IMG/VR virus record: IMGVR_UViG_3300027896_000013
DNA length: 64,000 nucleotides
Source of the DNA: a virus
Strand: one strand, 5' to 3'
A program made the translations under genes and the position numbers. The notes below the pieces were generated by a model that was not told the DNA's origin, ran no database searches, and saw only the letters and a program-made list of their open reading frames with translations. This document shows, in pieces, positions 19,292 to 29,879 of the stretch. How positions within the stretch are numbered: the stretch's first letter is position 1; the number at the start of each line of letters is the position of its first letter.

Positions 19292-20326
19292 ATGAAAGTA
19301 GCTATCTGGAGCGATCTACATATCGGTACTCACGCTAATTCACTCTTCTGGCATAAAGTTGCGCTAGATTGGACGGATTGGTTTAAGAGTGAGATACTTA
19401 AGAGGGGTATAACTACAACCTTATTTCTCGGAGACTTCTTCGACGATCGAGATGAGATTGCAGGTAATACGCTCGACGTAGCGGCTGACATATTAAACAA
19501 ATTTCGCGATACACAGCTCGTAATGATACCGGGTAACCATGATTGTTTTTATAAAGATCACTCAGGTGTTAACTCTGTTAAAATCTTTAGCGGTTGGAGC
19601 AATATAAAGGTATGTAACACTGTATCGTCTATAGACTTTGGTAATTCATCTGCTACATTTGTACCTTGGGGTGGCGATCTTAGCGAAGTTAGGTGGACAC
19701 CGTATCTATTTGGTCACTTCGAGATTAACTCATTTAAGATGAATGGGTCTAAGGTATGCGATAAAGGAATTGATAAAGAGGTTCTATTCAAATTATCACC
19801 TCAAATATTCTCCGGTCATTTTCATCAACGCGACGTTCGGCAGTACGATAAAAATTCTATCATGTACGTTGGAAATGTTTTTGAAACAAATTTTGGTGAA
19901 GCAAATTCTCCAAAAGGTTTTCATATTCTAGATTTTGATACAGGTGAAATTGAATTTGTAGAAAATAAACTCTCCCCGAAGCATATTAAAATATTCGTAT
20001 CGGAATGTTTAAAAAATTCCGGCATTACACCTGAGCAAAGTGAAAACATAAAAGGAAATATTATTCGTCTGATAGTTGATAAACAAATTCCCGCAGATGT
20101 TATTGACGCGTTACAAGCCAAAATAAAATCATATCAACCTGCTGCAGCTACAGTAGAATTTCTAACAAACAGTAATATAATTGATGTTAACGATGCTATA
20201 AAAAGCAGTGATTTATCCGATGTAAGTGTAGAAAAGGCTATAAATGAGTTTATAACGTTCCTCGAGACACCTAATAAGGATAAAATCACAGAAGCTTGTA
20301 TCGATTTCTATAACAAATGTAAATGA
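19292..20326 (+). CDS. gp47: Mre11/SbcD-like recombination nuclease gp47
   Basis: SDLHIG, LGDFFDDR, GNHD, GHFE, SGHFH. Confidence 0.93.
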   Translation: MKVAIWSDLHIGTHANSLFWHKVALDWTDWFKSEILKRGITTTLFLGDFFDDRDEIAGNTLDVAADILNKFRDTQLVMIPGNHDCFYKDHSGVNSVKIFSGWSNIKVCNTVSSIDFGNSSATFVPWGGDLSEVRWTPYLFGHFEINSFKMNGSKVCDKGIDKEVLFKLSPQIFSGHFHQRDVRQYDKNSIMYVGNVFETNFGEANSPKGFHILDFDTGEIEFVENKLSPKHIKIFVSECLKNSGITPEQSENIKGNIIRLIVDKQIPADVIDALQAKIKSYQPAAATVEFLTNSNIIDVNDAIKSSDLSDVSVEKAINEFITFLETPNKDKITEACIDFYNKCK

Positions 20327-22149
20327 AACACGTAATCTTTAAAAAACTAACCATGCAGAACTTCATGTCTATTGGCAAAGAGCCTGTAGAAGTGGTGTTT
20401 AAGCAAGGTGTCAATGTTATCACAGGTACTAATAAGGATAAGATCGATCGTCGTAACGGAGTCGGTAAAAGCTCTGTTGCGGACGCGTTATTCTTTGCAA
20501 TGTACGGTAATGTCTTGCGACCTATTAAGAAAGAAGCTATAAAGAACGATAGCACAAGGGGAACATGCTCAGTATCGTTAGAACTAGATGTTGTTAGTGA
20601 AAGTACTACACAGTCAGTACGTATATCTCGTGAGCTAGAACCATCAAGAGTATTGTTGGAGATAGATAATGTTGACAAAACTCGAGATAGTATTGCGAAC
20701 ACGACAGAATATATAAGCGAGCTGGTAGGTTGTAACTCGGACGTGTTTGAGAATTGTGTTGTTATGACTCTTAACAATGCTTTACCTTTCATGTGTCGTA
20801 AGAAACAGGAAAAGAGAGACTTCATTGAAAGCATCTTTAACTTAGAAGTTTTTAGTCGGATGTTGAAGGAAGCGAAGGCTGAATATAGCGATTGTAAGTC
20901 TGATCTAGATGTTGTAGCAGGTCGTAAAGATGAAGTTAATGTTTCAATAACAACCATTAAAAACCAGCAATCAACATTTGAAGCCACCAAACTTCAAAAA
21001 ATTAACAGGTTGAAGGGTCTTATTACAGAGCTACAAGAAGATAGAGTTGATCAAGTCGATAAGCTAAACAAAGAAGTAGACTTAAGCGAAGACGAGATTT
21101 CAACACTTAAGAATTTTATATCTGTGATCTACCCTGAGAAGGAGCAAACACTTAATACTGAGCAGCAGACGGTTTCCAATCTCATAGCTGAAAAGCAAGC
21201 TAACATACAATCCGCAAAGACCGCTTTAGCAAAGATGAATGCAAACATGGATAACTGTCCAGTGTGTTTAAGAACCATAACACCTGAAGATAGAGCTCAT
21301 GTAGATGCAGAACGTGAAAGTACAAACTTGATTATAGCAGCTAACGAAGATGTCGTAAAGAATCAAAAACTGGTAGCTCTTAATGTTTTGCAGTGTTTAA
21401 CTGATCTTAAAAAAGAGAAGAGAACTGCTGATAGTAAGATTGAGACACAGAATGCTAGAGAGAAAGTAAAGACCAATATAAAGAATGCTATAGCTGCGAT
21501 AGACACTAATATAGCAAGCGTAAACAATCAAATAGCTGAAGCGCAAAAAGAAGAAGCTCCGCTTGATACCTTACTGGATCAGCAAAAGGATAAACTTAAA
21601 GAGATAGATGAGAATATTAAGACGTGTAATGATAAACTGAACTTATTAAATCAGGTTAAGTTTGTCTTCTCTGAAGAAGGTGTTAAATCTCTTATTGTTA
21701 AAAGAGTGTTGAACATATTCAATACACAGCTAGCTTACTATTTACAAAAACTAGATTCAAATTGTACGTGTGTTTTTAACGAGTATTTTGAGGAGGTTAT
21801 CGTCAATGATAAGGGTAAAGAGTATTCTTACTTCAGTCTCAGTGGTGCAGAGCGCAAAAGTATAGACTTGGCTTGCTTGTTTACCTTTATGGATATACGC
21901 AGGCTTCAAGGTAATGTAGCATTCAATATTAGCATATTTGACGAGCTACTTGATTCTAGTTTAGATGCGAAGGGTATAGATCTAGTTCTCTCAGTGCTTA
22001 AAGAGCGCGTTGATAAGTTTAATGAGTGTGTTTACATTATCAGTCATAGAAAAGAAAGCACTAAGATGGCTACTGGTGAAGTTATATATCTTGTAAAGAG
22101 TAACGGTGTATGTACCCGGGTGCCTTATAGCGAAACGCATGCTAGTTAA
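20323..22149 (+). CDS. gp46: Rad50/SbcC-like ATPase gp46
   Basis: NFMSIG, NGVGKS, CPVC zinc hook, LSGAE, FDELLDSSLD, ISH. Confidence 0.95.
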   Translation: MKHVIFKKLTMQNFMSIGKEPVEVVFKQGVNVITGTNKDKIDRRNGVGKSSVADALFFAMYGNVLRPIKKEAIKNDSTRGTCSVSLELDVVSESTTQSVRISRELEPSRVLLEIDNVDKTRDSIANTTEYISELVGCNSDVFENCVVMTLNNALPFMCRKKQEKRDFIESIFNLEVFSRMLKEAKAEYSDCKSDLDVVAGRKDEVNVSITTIKNQQSTFEATKLQKINRLKGLITELQEDRVDQVDKLNKEVDLSEDEISTLKNFISVIYPEKEQTLNTEQQTVSNLIAEKQANIQSAKTALAKMNANMDNCPVCLRTITPEDRAHVDAERESTNLIIAANEDVVKNQKLVALNVLQCLTDLKKEKRTADSKIETQNAREKVKTNIKNAIAAIDTNIASVNNQIAEAQKEEAPLDTLLDQQKDKLKEIDENIKTCNDKLNLLNQVKFVFSEEGVKSLIVKRVLNIFNTQLAYYLQKLDSNCTCVFNEYFEEVIVNDKGKEYSYFSLSGAERKSIDLACLFTFMDIRRLQGNVAFNISIFDELLDSSLDAKGIDLVLSVLKERVDKFNECVYIISHRKESTKMATGEVIYLVKSNGVCTRVPYSETHAS

Positions 22150-22188
22150 CTTGTTGATAAAGCATAACACGGAATATAATTAATAACA

Positions 22189-23412
22189 ATGATACCACAG
22201 TCACCATTTGCATCTCCATTTCCGGTTCCGTTTCCGAAGATGTATCCAGCCTTACACAATGAGCCACCCGCTCATATGCCGATGCACCCACCAGAAGCTA
22301 ATTTTAGACGTGCTTTGAACTACTACGCTGATTATAGCGGTTGCGGACATTGGCGAATGATATGGCCTGAACAAGTTATTAACGCTCACAACAAGATGAC
22401 GGTTCACGGTACCACCGTAATGTCCTTTGACCCTCGCTATTTCGTTGGTGTTAAGTGTGTACGTATTCAACGTCAAGCAACTGAACACCAATTAGCGTTT
22501 GTAAAAGGTTTAAGAAAATTAGCTGACGCTCAAGGCTTCCGCATTGTGTACGAGATTGATGATGTTATCTTTAGTGAAGATATCCCTGATTATAACAAGT
22601 ATAAGCCAGCGTTTACTGATCCAAAGATTCGTCAGTGTTCGCTCGAGATTATGTCTTTATGTGACGAGGTGACTGTTACCTGTGAGTTTATGAGGCAGTA
22701 CTACATGAGTAAGACTGGTCATAAATGTATAACGGTTATACCAAATTATCCACCAGAATTCTGGATGGGTAACCATTACAGAGCAAACAAAATTGAAGAT
22801 AACTATCGAAAGTTCTGTTGTGGTAAGAATGCAAAACCTCGTATTCTTTATCCTGGTAGCGGTGCTCACTTTGACGTAGAGAACCGTACAAATCAAAATG
22901 ATGATTTTGCTCACGTTCGTGACGCTATAGTTAAGACAATGGACAAGTATCAATGGGTATTCTTCGGTGGTTACCCATTACCTCTCCACCAGTTCGTACA
23001 ATCTGGCAAGATTGAGTTCCATCCATGGAAACGCTTGTATGAGTACCCTAAACACATTGCTAGCTTGAATGCAAATATAATGGTAGCACCTCTATGCGAT
23101 AATAACTTTAACAAAGCAAAGAGTGACCTTAAGCTAATAGAAGCAGGTTGCTTTGGTATTCCGATTGCTTGTCAAGACATAGAGACATACAGTGAATCAC
23201 CAGTTAAGTTTAAAACCGGTGATGAGATGATTGATCAGATAGGTTTAATGATCAAGAATCCTGGATATTATAAAACTCTAAGCAAAGGTGGTAGAGAGAT
23301 GGCAGAGAAGAGATTCCTTGAAAGAGATGAGAACATCGACAAATACGTCGAGATGTATACTCTACCATATAAAGATGAGAAGCGCGTACTTCTAAATAGT
23401 ATCAACAAATAG
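22189..23412 (+). CDS. glycosyltransferase (GT-B) immediately upstream of DNA polymerase
   Basis: SGCGHWRMIWP, YEIDD, APL.DN.FNKAKSDLKLIEAG. Confidence 0.8.
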   Translation: MIPQSPFASPFPVPFPKMYPALHNEPPAHMPMHPPEANFRRALNYYADYSGCGHWRMIWPEQVINAHNKMTVHGTTVMSFDPRYFVGVKCVRIQRQATEHQLAFVKGLRKLADAQGFRIVYEIDDVIFSEDIPDYNKYKPAFTDPKIRQCSLEIMSLCDEVTVTCEFMRQYYMSKTGHKCITVIPNYPPEFWMGNHYRANKIEDNYRKFCCGKNAKPRILYPGSGAHFDVENRTNQNDDFAHVRDAIVKTMDKYQWVFFGGYPLPLHQFVQSGKIEFHPWKRLYEYPKHIASLNANIMVAPLCDNNFNKAKSDLKLIEAGCFGIPIACQDIETYSESPVKFKTGDEMIDQIGLMIKNPGYYKTLSKGGREMAEKRFLERDENIDKYVEMYTLPYKDEKRVLLNSINK

Positions 23413-23447
23413 CTTGAATATTATAAAAAGTCAATTATTATACAGTA

Positions 23448-26237
23448 ATGTATAGAAATGCAGTTTATCTTCCGAAGAATAAGATAATTCGACTGTACTC
23501 ATGGGATATGCATGGTAAGCGAATATCCTATGATACCTCGTTTGAACCTTATATCTATCTTGAAACGTCTTACGAAGGTGATGCAAAGAGCATATTCAAT
23601 ACAGCTCTCAGAAAGAAGACTTTTAGTGCTCAATACGAGAGATACAAATACGTAGCTGATAATGAGAGTCAGCGTATTTTTGAAAACTTACCCGTTACAC
23701 AACAGTTTCTAGTCGATGTCTTTCACGGTAAAAATGAAGCACCCGAATTTTCGCAGTTTCCTCTTAAGTTAATGTTTATCGATATCGAAACAGATACACA
23801 TGACCATAAAGATTCTCAGATGGTGAAGATTCGTAAGATCAATTCCGGGAACGAAAGAGAGATAACTCTTGGAGAAATAAGGCAGAGCAAGGAATTTCAA
23901 AAAGATTATGAAATTTATGATGATGGTAAATGGTTAACATATCATTCTACATGTTATGCTATAAATGTCTCATTTCCTAACACCGAGCAAGCGAATCAGG
24001 AAGTTAATATCATAACAGTATATGATTCATTATCACAAAAATACTACACTTGGAGTACACGCAAATGTTCAAAAGAGATAGAAGATTGTGTATATGTTGC
24101 ATGTAATACAGAGAAACAAATGTTCTTAAAGTTTCTTGAATTCTACGAGAGTGATTACCCTGACATCTTGTCAGGTTGGAATTCAGAAGGCTTTGATATA
24201 CCATACATTATTAACCGGTTAAACGTACTATTCGGTGCAGATTATGCTCAAAGATTATCACCGGTTGGTAGAATGTCTTCACGTACGTTTATGTCTAGAT
24301 TCGGTAAACAGCAAGTACGTTGGTATATTGAAGGTGTTTCTTGTATTGACTATCTTGACATTTATCGGAAGTTTTGTATGTCTCAGCGTGAAAACTATAA
24401 GTTAGGTAACATAGGTGAGACAGAGTTAGGTGAGAGCAAGGTTGACTTTGGTGATCAAACTCTAGCTGCGTTGTCTGACACTGATTGGGATCTATTCGCT
24501 GAGTATAACGTAACCGACGTTAAGCTATTAGCTAAGCTTGAACGCAAGCTGAAATATCTTGAACTTCTACGATCTATCGCATATGCTGGTTGTACTACGT
24601 TTGAAAGCGCTTTAGGTACATTATCGGTTGTTAACGGGTTATGTGCAATAAAAGCTCGTTCTAAGAATCTTAAAATACCTACATTCAACCGCGAAGATGG
24701 AGAGGGTAAGAAGAACGAAGGTGCTTATGTTGGTGAACCACAGAAAGGGTTTCAAGAGCATATCGTATCATTCGACGCAAACAGTCTATATCCAAACGTG
24801 ATGATATCTCTCAATCTATCACCAGAGACGAAGATTGGTAAGATTATAGAGAAGACTGATACACACGTTACTATTGCACACGTAAATGGTCAACGCTTTG
24901 ACATAACTCATCAAGGTTTAAAGGATTTCCTTAAAGCAGAGAAGGTGACGATGTCAATGGCATCTGTTCTCTTCTCACAAAAAGAGAAGGGTATTGTACC
25001 TGATATTGTAGATAGCTATTACAAAAAGCGTGTTGAGATTCAAAAGAAACAAGACAAATTTTCTCGTGTATTATCTAATACCGAGCAGGAGATTAAAAAG
25101 CTAAAGCAAAGTGGTGTTGACGTAGCTGATAAAGAGGCAGAGTGTGTACAACTTAAGAAGGAGATTGAACAATTCAATATTCGTCAGCATACAATCAAAA
25201 TTCTTATTAACAGTATCTACGGATACTTCGGTAATAAACACGCTCCGATTGGTGATGATGATTTAGCACGGTCAGTTACCCTCACAGGTCAAGCAGCTAT
25301 TAAGCAGTCGAATTGCTTAATGCAAGAATACATACAAACTAACGCTAATCTACCTGATGATTACCTGAAGAGTTATGATCCTGTTATATACAATGACACT
25401 GATTCATGTTATATCTCGCTAAAGAAAGTAGCTGAAGCTAAAAAGTTAACGATGATTGGTGCTAACGGTCAAGTTACCCAAGAATATCTAGACGAAGTGA
25501 GTAGAATTGATACACATCTAAACACAGGTATTAAGAAATGGGGAGAAGATGCTTTGAATTCTCATGATTGTAGGTTAGTTTTTAAACGAGAAGTTATTGC
25601 AGATAGTGGTATATTTCTATCTAAGAAGCATTACGTTCTGCATATTTTAAATAATAAAGGTATTCCTTGTGACAAATATAAGTACGTCGGTGTAGAAATG
25701 GTTAAGACAACGATGCCTAAGAATATTAAACCTTACGCGAAGAAAATCGTTGAAACAATGTTGAAAACAAAGGACAAGGTTCAAGTCGATAAAGTGTTTA
25801 ATGAAGCGTATGAAACATTCAAATCATTAAGCATAGAAGATATTGCTCACGTTAGTGGTATTACAAACTATAACAAGTTTGCTGATAAGTGTAATGAGTT
25901 TACTACAGTAAAGGGTATGCCGAAGCACGTCAAAGCTGCATACTTTTATAACTTACTTCTTAAGAGGTTTAGTATTGATAACAAGTATGAATCAATTTCT
26001 TCAGGTGATAAAATTCGATATATCTCAGTGCGCCAACCGAATAAATTTGGGTTGAAAGCAGTAGGATACAAATATTACTACCCGCAAGAGTTTAAGGAGT
26101 TCTTTGAACCAGACTACGAAGAGATGTTTGATAAGCTAATGTTTAGCGTTATAGAGAGGTTCTATCAAGCGGTAAATTGGCAGATCAGAACACCATCTAT
26201 GAATACTCAAACGGATCTATTCGATCTGTTTAGTTAA
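23448..26237 (+). CDS. gp43: family B DNA polymerase gp43
   Basis: DIET, GWNSEGFDIPY, YN..DV, SFDANSLYP, KILINSIYG, YNDTDS, KKHY; TTGAAT-16-TATTAT 6 nt upstream. Confidence 0.97.
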   Translation: MYRNAVYLPKNKIIRLYSWDMHGKRISYDTSFEPYIYLETSYEGDAKSIFNTALRKKTFSAQYERYKYVADNESQRIFENLPVTQQFLVDVFHGKNEAPEFSQFPLKLMFIDIETDTHDHKDSQMVKIRKINSGNEREITLGEIRQSKEFQKDYEIYDDGKWLTYHSTCYAINVSFPNTEQANQEVNIITVYDSLSQKYYTWSTRKCSKEIEDCVYVACNTEKQMFLKFLEFYESDYPDILSGWNSEGFDIPYIINRLNVLFGADYAQRLSPVGRMSSRTFMSRFGKQQVRWYIEGVSCIDYLDIYRKFCMSQRENYKLGNIGETELGESKVDFGDQTLAALSDTDWDLFAEYNVTDVKLLAKLERKLKYLELLRSIAYAGCTTFESALGTLSVVNGLCAIKARSKNLKIPTFNREDGEGKKNEGAYVGEPQKGFQEHIVSFDANSLYPNVMISLNLSPETKIGKIIEKTDTHVTIAHVNGQRFDITHQGLKDFLKAEKVTMSMASVLFSQKEKGIVPDIVDSYYKKRVEIQKKQDKFSRVLSNTEQEIKKLKQSGVDVADKEAECVQLKKEIEQFNIRQHTIKILINSIYGYFGNKHAPIGDDDLARSVTLTGQAAIKQSNCLMQEYIQTNANLPDDYLKSYDPVIYNDTDSCYISLKKVAEAKKLTMIGANGQVTQEYLDEVSRIDTHLNTGIKKWGEDALNSHDCRLVFKREVIADSGIFLSKKHYVLHILNNKGIPCDKYKYVGVEMVKTTMPKNIKPYAKKIVETMLKTKDKVQVDKVFNEAYETFKSLSIEDIAHVSGITNYNKFADKCNEFTTVKGMPKHVKAAYFYNLLLKRFSIDNKYESISSGDKIRYISVRQPNKFGLKAVGYKYYYPQEFKEFFEPDYEEMFDKLMFSVIERFYQAVNWQIRTPSMNTQTDLFDLFS

Positions 26238-26665
26238 GCTTGAACACCAACCGGTTGTGTACCAGGTGTAGCTCCAGCTGCTGGATTAGTTGCCGCACCT
26301 TGCTGTGGTTTAGATGTTGCTGGTGAAACTGGTGCACCCTGCGGTTGTACAGGTGTCTTCGATGCAGGCGACTTAGCAAGCATATCCTGTATAGCTTTTG
26401 TTACTGCCTGTACATGCTTAGGATCTTTAAGACCTTGCAATGCAGTTGCGAGAGATTGAACAGCATCAGTCGCTGCTTTAACCTCAGGTGCATTAGGATT
26501 TGCTTTATCACCCTCTGCAGTCTGAGCATTAGCTGGTGCTAAGTTCTGCGGATTTTGTGGCCCACCGGCATTTTGTACACCAGTCGCGGGAGCTTCTTCA
26601 TTTAGATGTTTGATGTAAGAGTTGTAAATCTTTGTAAACTCGGTTTTGCACAATGGTTTCGGCAT
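26234..26665 (-). CDS. putative internal head protein (Ala/Pro/Gln-rich)
   Basis: FTKIYNSYIKHLNE then low-complexity sequence; TATAAATA 5 nt upstream. Confidence 0.65.
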   Translation of the reverse strand: MPKPLCKTEFTKIYNSYIKHLNEEAPATGVQNAGGPQNPQNLAPANAQTAEGDKANPNAPEVKAATDAVQSLATALQGLKDPKHVQAVTKAIQDMLAKSPASKTPVQPQGAPVSPATSKPQQGAATNPAAGATPGTQPVGVQA

Positions 26666-26723
26666 ACAATTATTTATAAGATCCTGAGTGGATTTACCGG
26701 CAGGTAGTAGTTAATATCTATAT

Positions 26724-27089
26724 ATGGAACAACAAAAACTAACAACCTTTATCGACCAAACCGGCAGAACCATTATCGGTATTCTCGCTAGTGAAACGCC
26801 TGAAACTATTATTGTCAAGGATCCTGCGATTCTTTATGTGCAACCTACCCAAGATGGTAAGCTAAACGTCCAAACAATTCCGCTCTACTTCCGTGAATTT
26901 ATTGGCGACAAGCATAAGAATGATGGTACGCTGTGGGTATACAACAGAGCAGGTATCACACTGGGTCTTGACATTGATAACGATCAACGTCTCGTTACGC
27001 AGTATAACAACTTGTTTAACGCACCTATTCAATCGGCTCAGCCGACACCCGCTACTACGCCCGCCGTAGTTAAACTGTTTGATAACTAA
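26724..27089 (+). CDS. hypothetical protein (possible Sm-like fold)
   Basis: 121 aa upstream of uvsX; leaderless sigma70-like promoter. Confidence 0.7.
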   Translation: MEQQKLTTFIDQTGRTIIGILASETPETIIVKDPAILYVQPTQDGKLNVQTIPLYFREFIGDKHKNDGTLWVYNRAGITLGLDIDNDQRLVTQYNNLFNAPIQSAQPTPATTPAVVKLFDN

Positions 27090-27094
27090 TCAAT

Positions 27095-28267
27095 ATGAGC
27101 CAGCTTGATAAAAGAGTTCTAGAGGCACTATCGGAAATCGATAAGATTAATCCGTACGCTACATTCCTTAACGAGAGTACTATCTCAAATGTAGAAGAGT
27201 GGATCGACACAGGTTCAATGCCGTTGAACGCTATTATCAGCGGTTCATTATATGGTGGTATCCCACGTAATCGTGTTACATTGGTTGCTGGTGAGAGTAT
27301 GACGGGTAAAACGTTCTTCCTCTTGCAAATCCTTGCAAGAGCACAAAAACAAGGACTTATACCCGTCATATTCGATCCGGAATTTGCAATTGATAAGAAA
27401 TCTGCAGAGAATCTCGGACTAGATCCTGCCGGTGTCAAGTATGTTCCGAGCTACAGCATTGAAGAGACTCGTAATTCACTTTATAAGTTTCTTACTAAAG
27501 CAAAGGAGCTGGGTATTGAGAACAAGTTTATCGTTGCGATTGAGTTGGGTAACTTAGAGAATCAACTTCAAATCTCTCGAATGGAAGCTCCACTTAAGAG
27601 TGGAGAGTCTAACACTTCGATGGATATGGGAACTCGTGCACGTGCAATGGGATCTCTTCTTAAGACGTGTACAATTCTCTCAGGATACACTAAAACTACG
27701 TTCTTGCTTACTAATCACATTTATGATGACCCGTCAGCAACTTACGAGTCTATTATCAAGACTATGCCGGGTGGTAAGAAAGTTATCTATCTTCCAAGTG
27801 TTACGGTTCAGCTAGCACGTAAACCTGAAAAAGGTGATGAAGGTAAGACGATGGATGCGACACTGGCTGTTGGTCAACGTAATTACCCTGGTGTTATTCT
27901 TCGCGCTTTGACAGTTAAGAACCGGTTCATTCAGCAGTATATCCAAACTGAAATGTATCTAAGCTTTACAACTGGTCTAGATAAACACTACGGTCTATTG
28001 GATCTCGCTGTAGGTTTCGGTAGCGTTATCCAAGGTGGAGCGACATACTCTCTACCAGATGGTACTAAACTTGGATACTACTCTAAGTGGAGAAAAGACG
28101 AAGAGGTATGGGCTAAGATCCTACCTGACTTGGAACAGAAGATTAAAGTTGGCTGGGCTTATGGTAAGAAGAGTGATGTTGAAGAGGAGATGCCGGATGA
28201 AAGTGAATCTCTTCCAAGTAACGTTGGTAAGAAAGTCAAAGTCGAACTACCAGATGACGAAAAATAA
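27095..28267 (+). CDS. uvsX: RecA-like recombinase UvsX
   Basis: IDTGS..LNAIISG, GESMTGKT, DMG.RAR, TNHIY, GG, KNRF; Walker B altered (see findings). Confidence 0.92.
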   Translation: MSQLDKRVLEALSEIDKINPYATFLNESTISNVEEWIDTGSMPLNAIISGSLYGGIPRNRVTLVAGESMTGKTFFLLQILARAQKQGLIPVIFDPEFAIDKKSAENLGLDPAGVKYVPSYSIEETRNSLYKFLTKAKELGIENKFIVAIELGNLENQLQISRMEAPLKSGESNTSMDMGTRARAMGSLLKTCTILSGYTKTTFLLTNHIYDDPSATYESIIKTMPGGKKVIYLPSVTVQLARKPEKGDEGKTMDATLAVGQRNYPGVILRALTVKNRFIQQYIQTEMYLSFTTGLDKHYGLLDLAVGFGSVIQGGATYSLPDGTKLGYYSKWRKDEEVWAKILPDLEQKIKVGWAYGKKSDVEEEMPDESESLPSNVGKKVKVELPDDEK

Positions 28268-28270
28268 TTT

Positions 28271-28462
28271 ATGAGTAAACTAATACTGCAGATGAATGTA
28301 GTCGGTGAAGCCGACGGCAAAACGATCATTAAGTCACAGATACCTATTGAGACCTTGAGCAAGATGCTTCAGGCTCATGGTGAACCTGGCGTTAAGGATA
28401 CGTTGATGGAGATGTGGAGACGCATCGCTGATGATCTGAAAAAACCTTCACCTAAAGCTTGA
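28271..28462 (+). CDS. hypothetical protein
   Basis: 63 aa, 3 nt after the uvsX stop. Confidence 0.6.
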   Translation: MSKLILQMNVVGEADGKTIIKSQIPIETLSKMLQAHGEPGVKDTLMEMWRRIADDLKKPSPKA

Positions 28463-28492
28463 TTTAATCAAGAGGTTTAATATCATTGAAAT

Positions 28493-29200
28493 ATGAGTAA
28501 ATGTGTTATTCCTTTTTCAGGTGGGATGGATTCTACCACGATACTGTATCATGCCATAAAAGAGCATGATACAGTATACGCTGTTTCTATTGCGTACGGT
28601 CAGCGACATCTACAACGCGAGATTACAGCTGCTAATAATATACTGAACGACCTTAATAAGGTTTGTAATTCAATCAGTTATAAAGTTCTTGATTTGTCAT
28701 TCTTTCGAGACGTAGCTAGTATATCATCTCTTACAAACAATAGCATTAATGTAGCTAAAGCGAAAGATGTTATGGGAGACCCGCAAACGGTTAACTATGT
28801 ACCCTTCCGTAATATGATGATGCTGAGTATCTGCTCAGCGTATGCTGAAACAGTTGGCGCAGAAGTTGTATATCACGGTGCAGCTCAAGCAGATAGCGTT
28901 GCTGGATTCTGGGATGGTAGCAAAGAGTTTATTGAAGCTATTAACAATGTAAACATGCTCAATAGACGACACAAGATTAGAATTGAAGCACCACTACTTG
29001 ATAAGAGTAAGGCTGATATCATTAAATGGGGAATGTCTATGGGTGTAGACTATTCTAAGACATGGACTTGTTACGAAGGAAAAGAGCAAGCTTGTGGAGT
29101 TTGTACAGCTTGCTCTTTGAGAATCGGTGGGTTTATGGCAGCCGGTATAAAGGACCCTGTCGAATATTCAGTTAAAATTCCTTGGCCTAACCAGAAGTAA
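28493..29200 (+). CDS. queC: 7-cyano-7-deazaguanine synthase
   Basis: SGGMDS, YGQRH, YVPFRN, KADII, TWTCY...CG.C.ACSLR. Confidence 0.95.
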   Translation: MSKCVIPFSGGMDSTTILYHAIKEHDTVYAVSIAYGQRHLQREITAANNILNDLNKVCNSISYKVLDLSFFRDVASISSLTNNSINVAKAKDVMGDPQTVNYVPFRNMMMLSICSAYAETVGAEVVYHGAAQADSVAGFWDGSKEFIEAINNVNMLNRRHKIRIEAPLLDKSKADIIKWGMSMGVDYSKTWTCYEGKEQACGVCTACSLRIGGFMAAGIKDPVEYSVKIPWPNQK

Positions 29201-29876
29201 TCTGGTTAGGTTCACTTACTACCTCGGCATCGATAGGTTCTTCTGATTTCTTCCTTCTCTTAGATTTACCTTTACTCTTAGCTTTACCGGTAGCTGCTTC
29301 AGATTTATTTACAGCTGCTTCTGCTTCTGCTTTCAATGAGTTTAGATTCTGCTGCAGTACGTTAACATTAACAGTTTCTCCACGTTCAGCCTTTTTCTTT
29401 TGTGCAGCAGTTAAATTGCTTATAGATCTTTGTAACGATTTGATGGTCTTTTGTAAATCCTCAACCACTTTATTATTATCTATTGTGGTACCACCTATAT
29501 TACTAGCTTGTGGTCCTGCAGGTCCACCCTGATGTACACTACCTTGTTGACTTTGAACCGTTTCATAATCTTCAATAGCATTAAGAAAAATCTGTCCAAT
29601 ATCACCTGGTATCTCTTGAGAGTATTGAGTTTCACCTAAGATACGTTCAATAGTCTGACGTATGTTAGTTATCTGTTGTCTAGGATTGCGAGCTAGTTCA
29701 GATAGTGTTCGAGATGTAGAGGTATCAACTGTTTGTGATTGTTTAAAGAAATCTATAAGTTGCTGGCCTGTCGCACTTACATCCGCTGTTGGTTGAGGTT
29801 GTTGAGCAGGCGCTGCAGCTGCAGCAGCATTTGCTACAGCCTCTCTATAAATCGATCTTGCGTCAAATCTTAGCAT
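29187..29876 (-). CDS. putative internal head protein
   Basis: MLRFDARSIYRE then A/P/Q-rich, coiled coil and basic tail. Confidence 0.6.
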   Translation of the reverse strand: MLRFDARSIYREAVANAAAAAAPAQQPQPTADVSATGQQLIDFFKQSQTVDTSTSRTLSELARNPRQQITNIRQTIERILGETQYSQEIPGDIGQIFLNAIEDYETVQSQQGSVHQGGPAGPQASNIGGTTIDNNKVVEDLQKTIKSLQRSISNLTAAQKKKAERGETVNVNVLQQNLNSLKAEAEAAVNKSEAATGKAKSKGKSKRRKKSEEPIDAEVVSEPNQITSG

Positions 29877-29879
29877 AAA

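Noticed and set aside
28471-28492. AGAGGTTTAA before queC resembles the 5' end of a preQ1-I riboswitch
   Set aside because: There is no complementary CCTCT strand or A-rich tail, and the sequence lies inside the promoter spacer, upstream of the predicted TSS.
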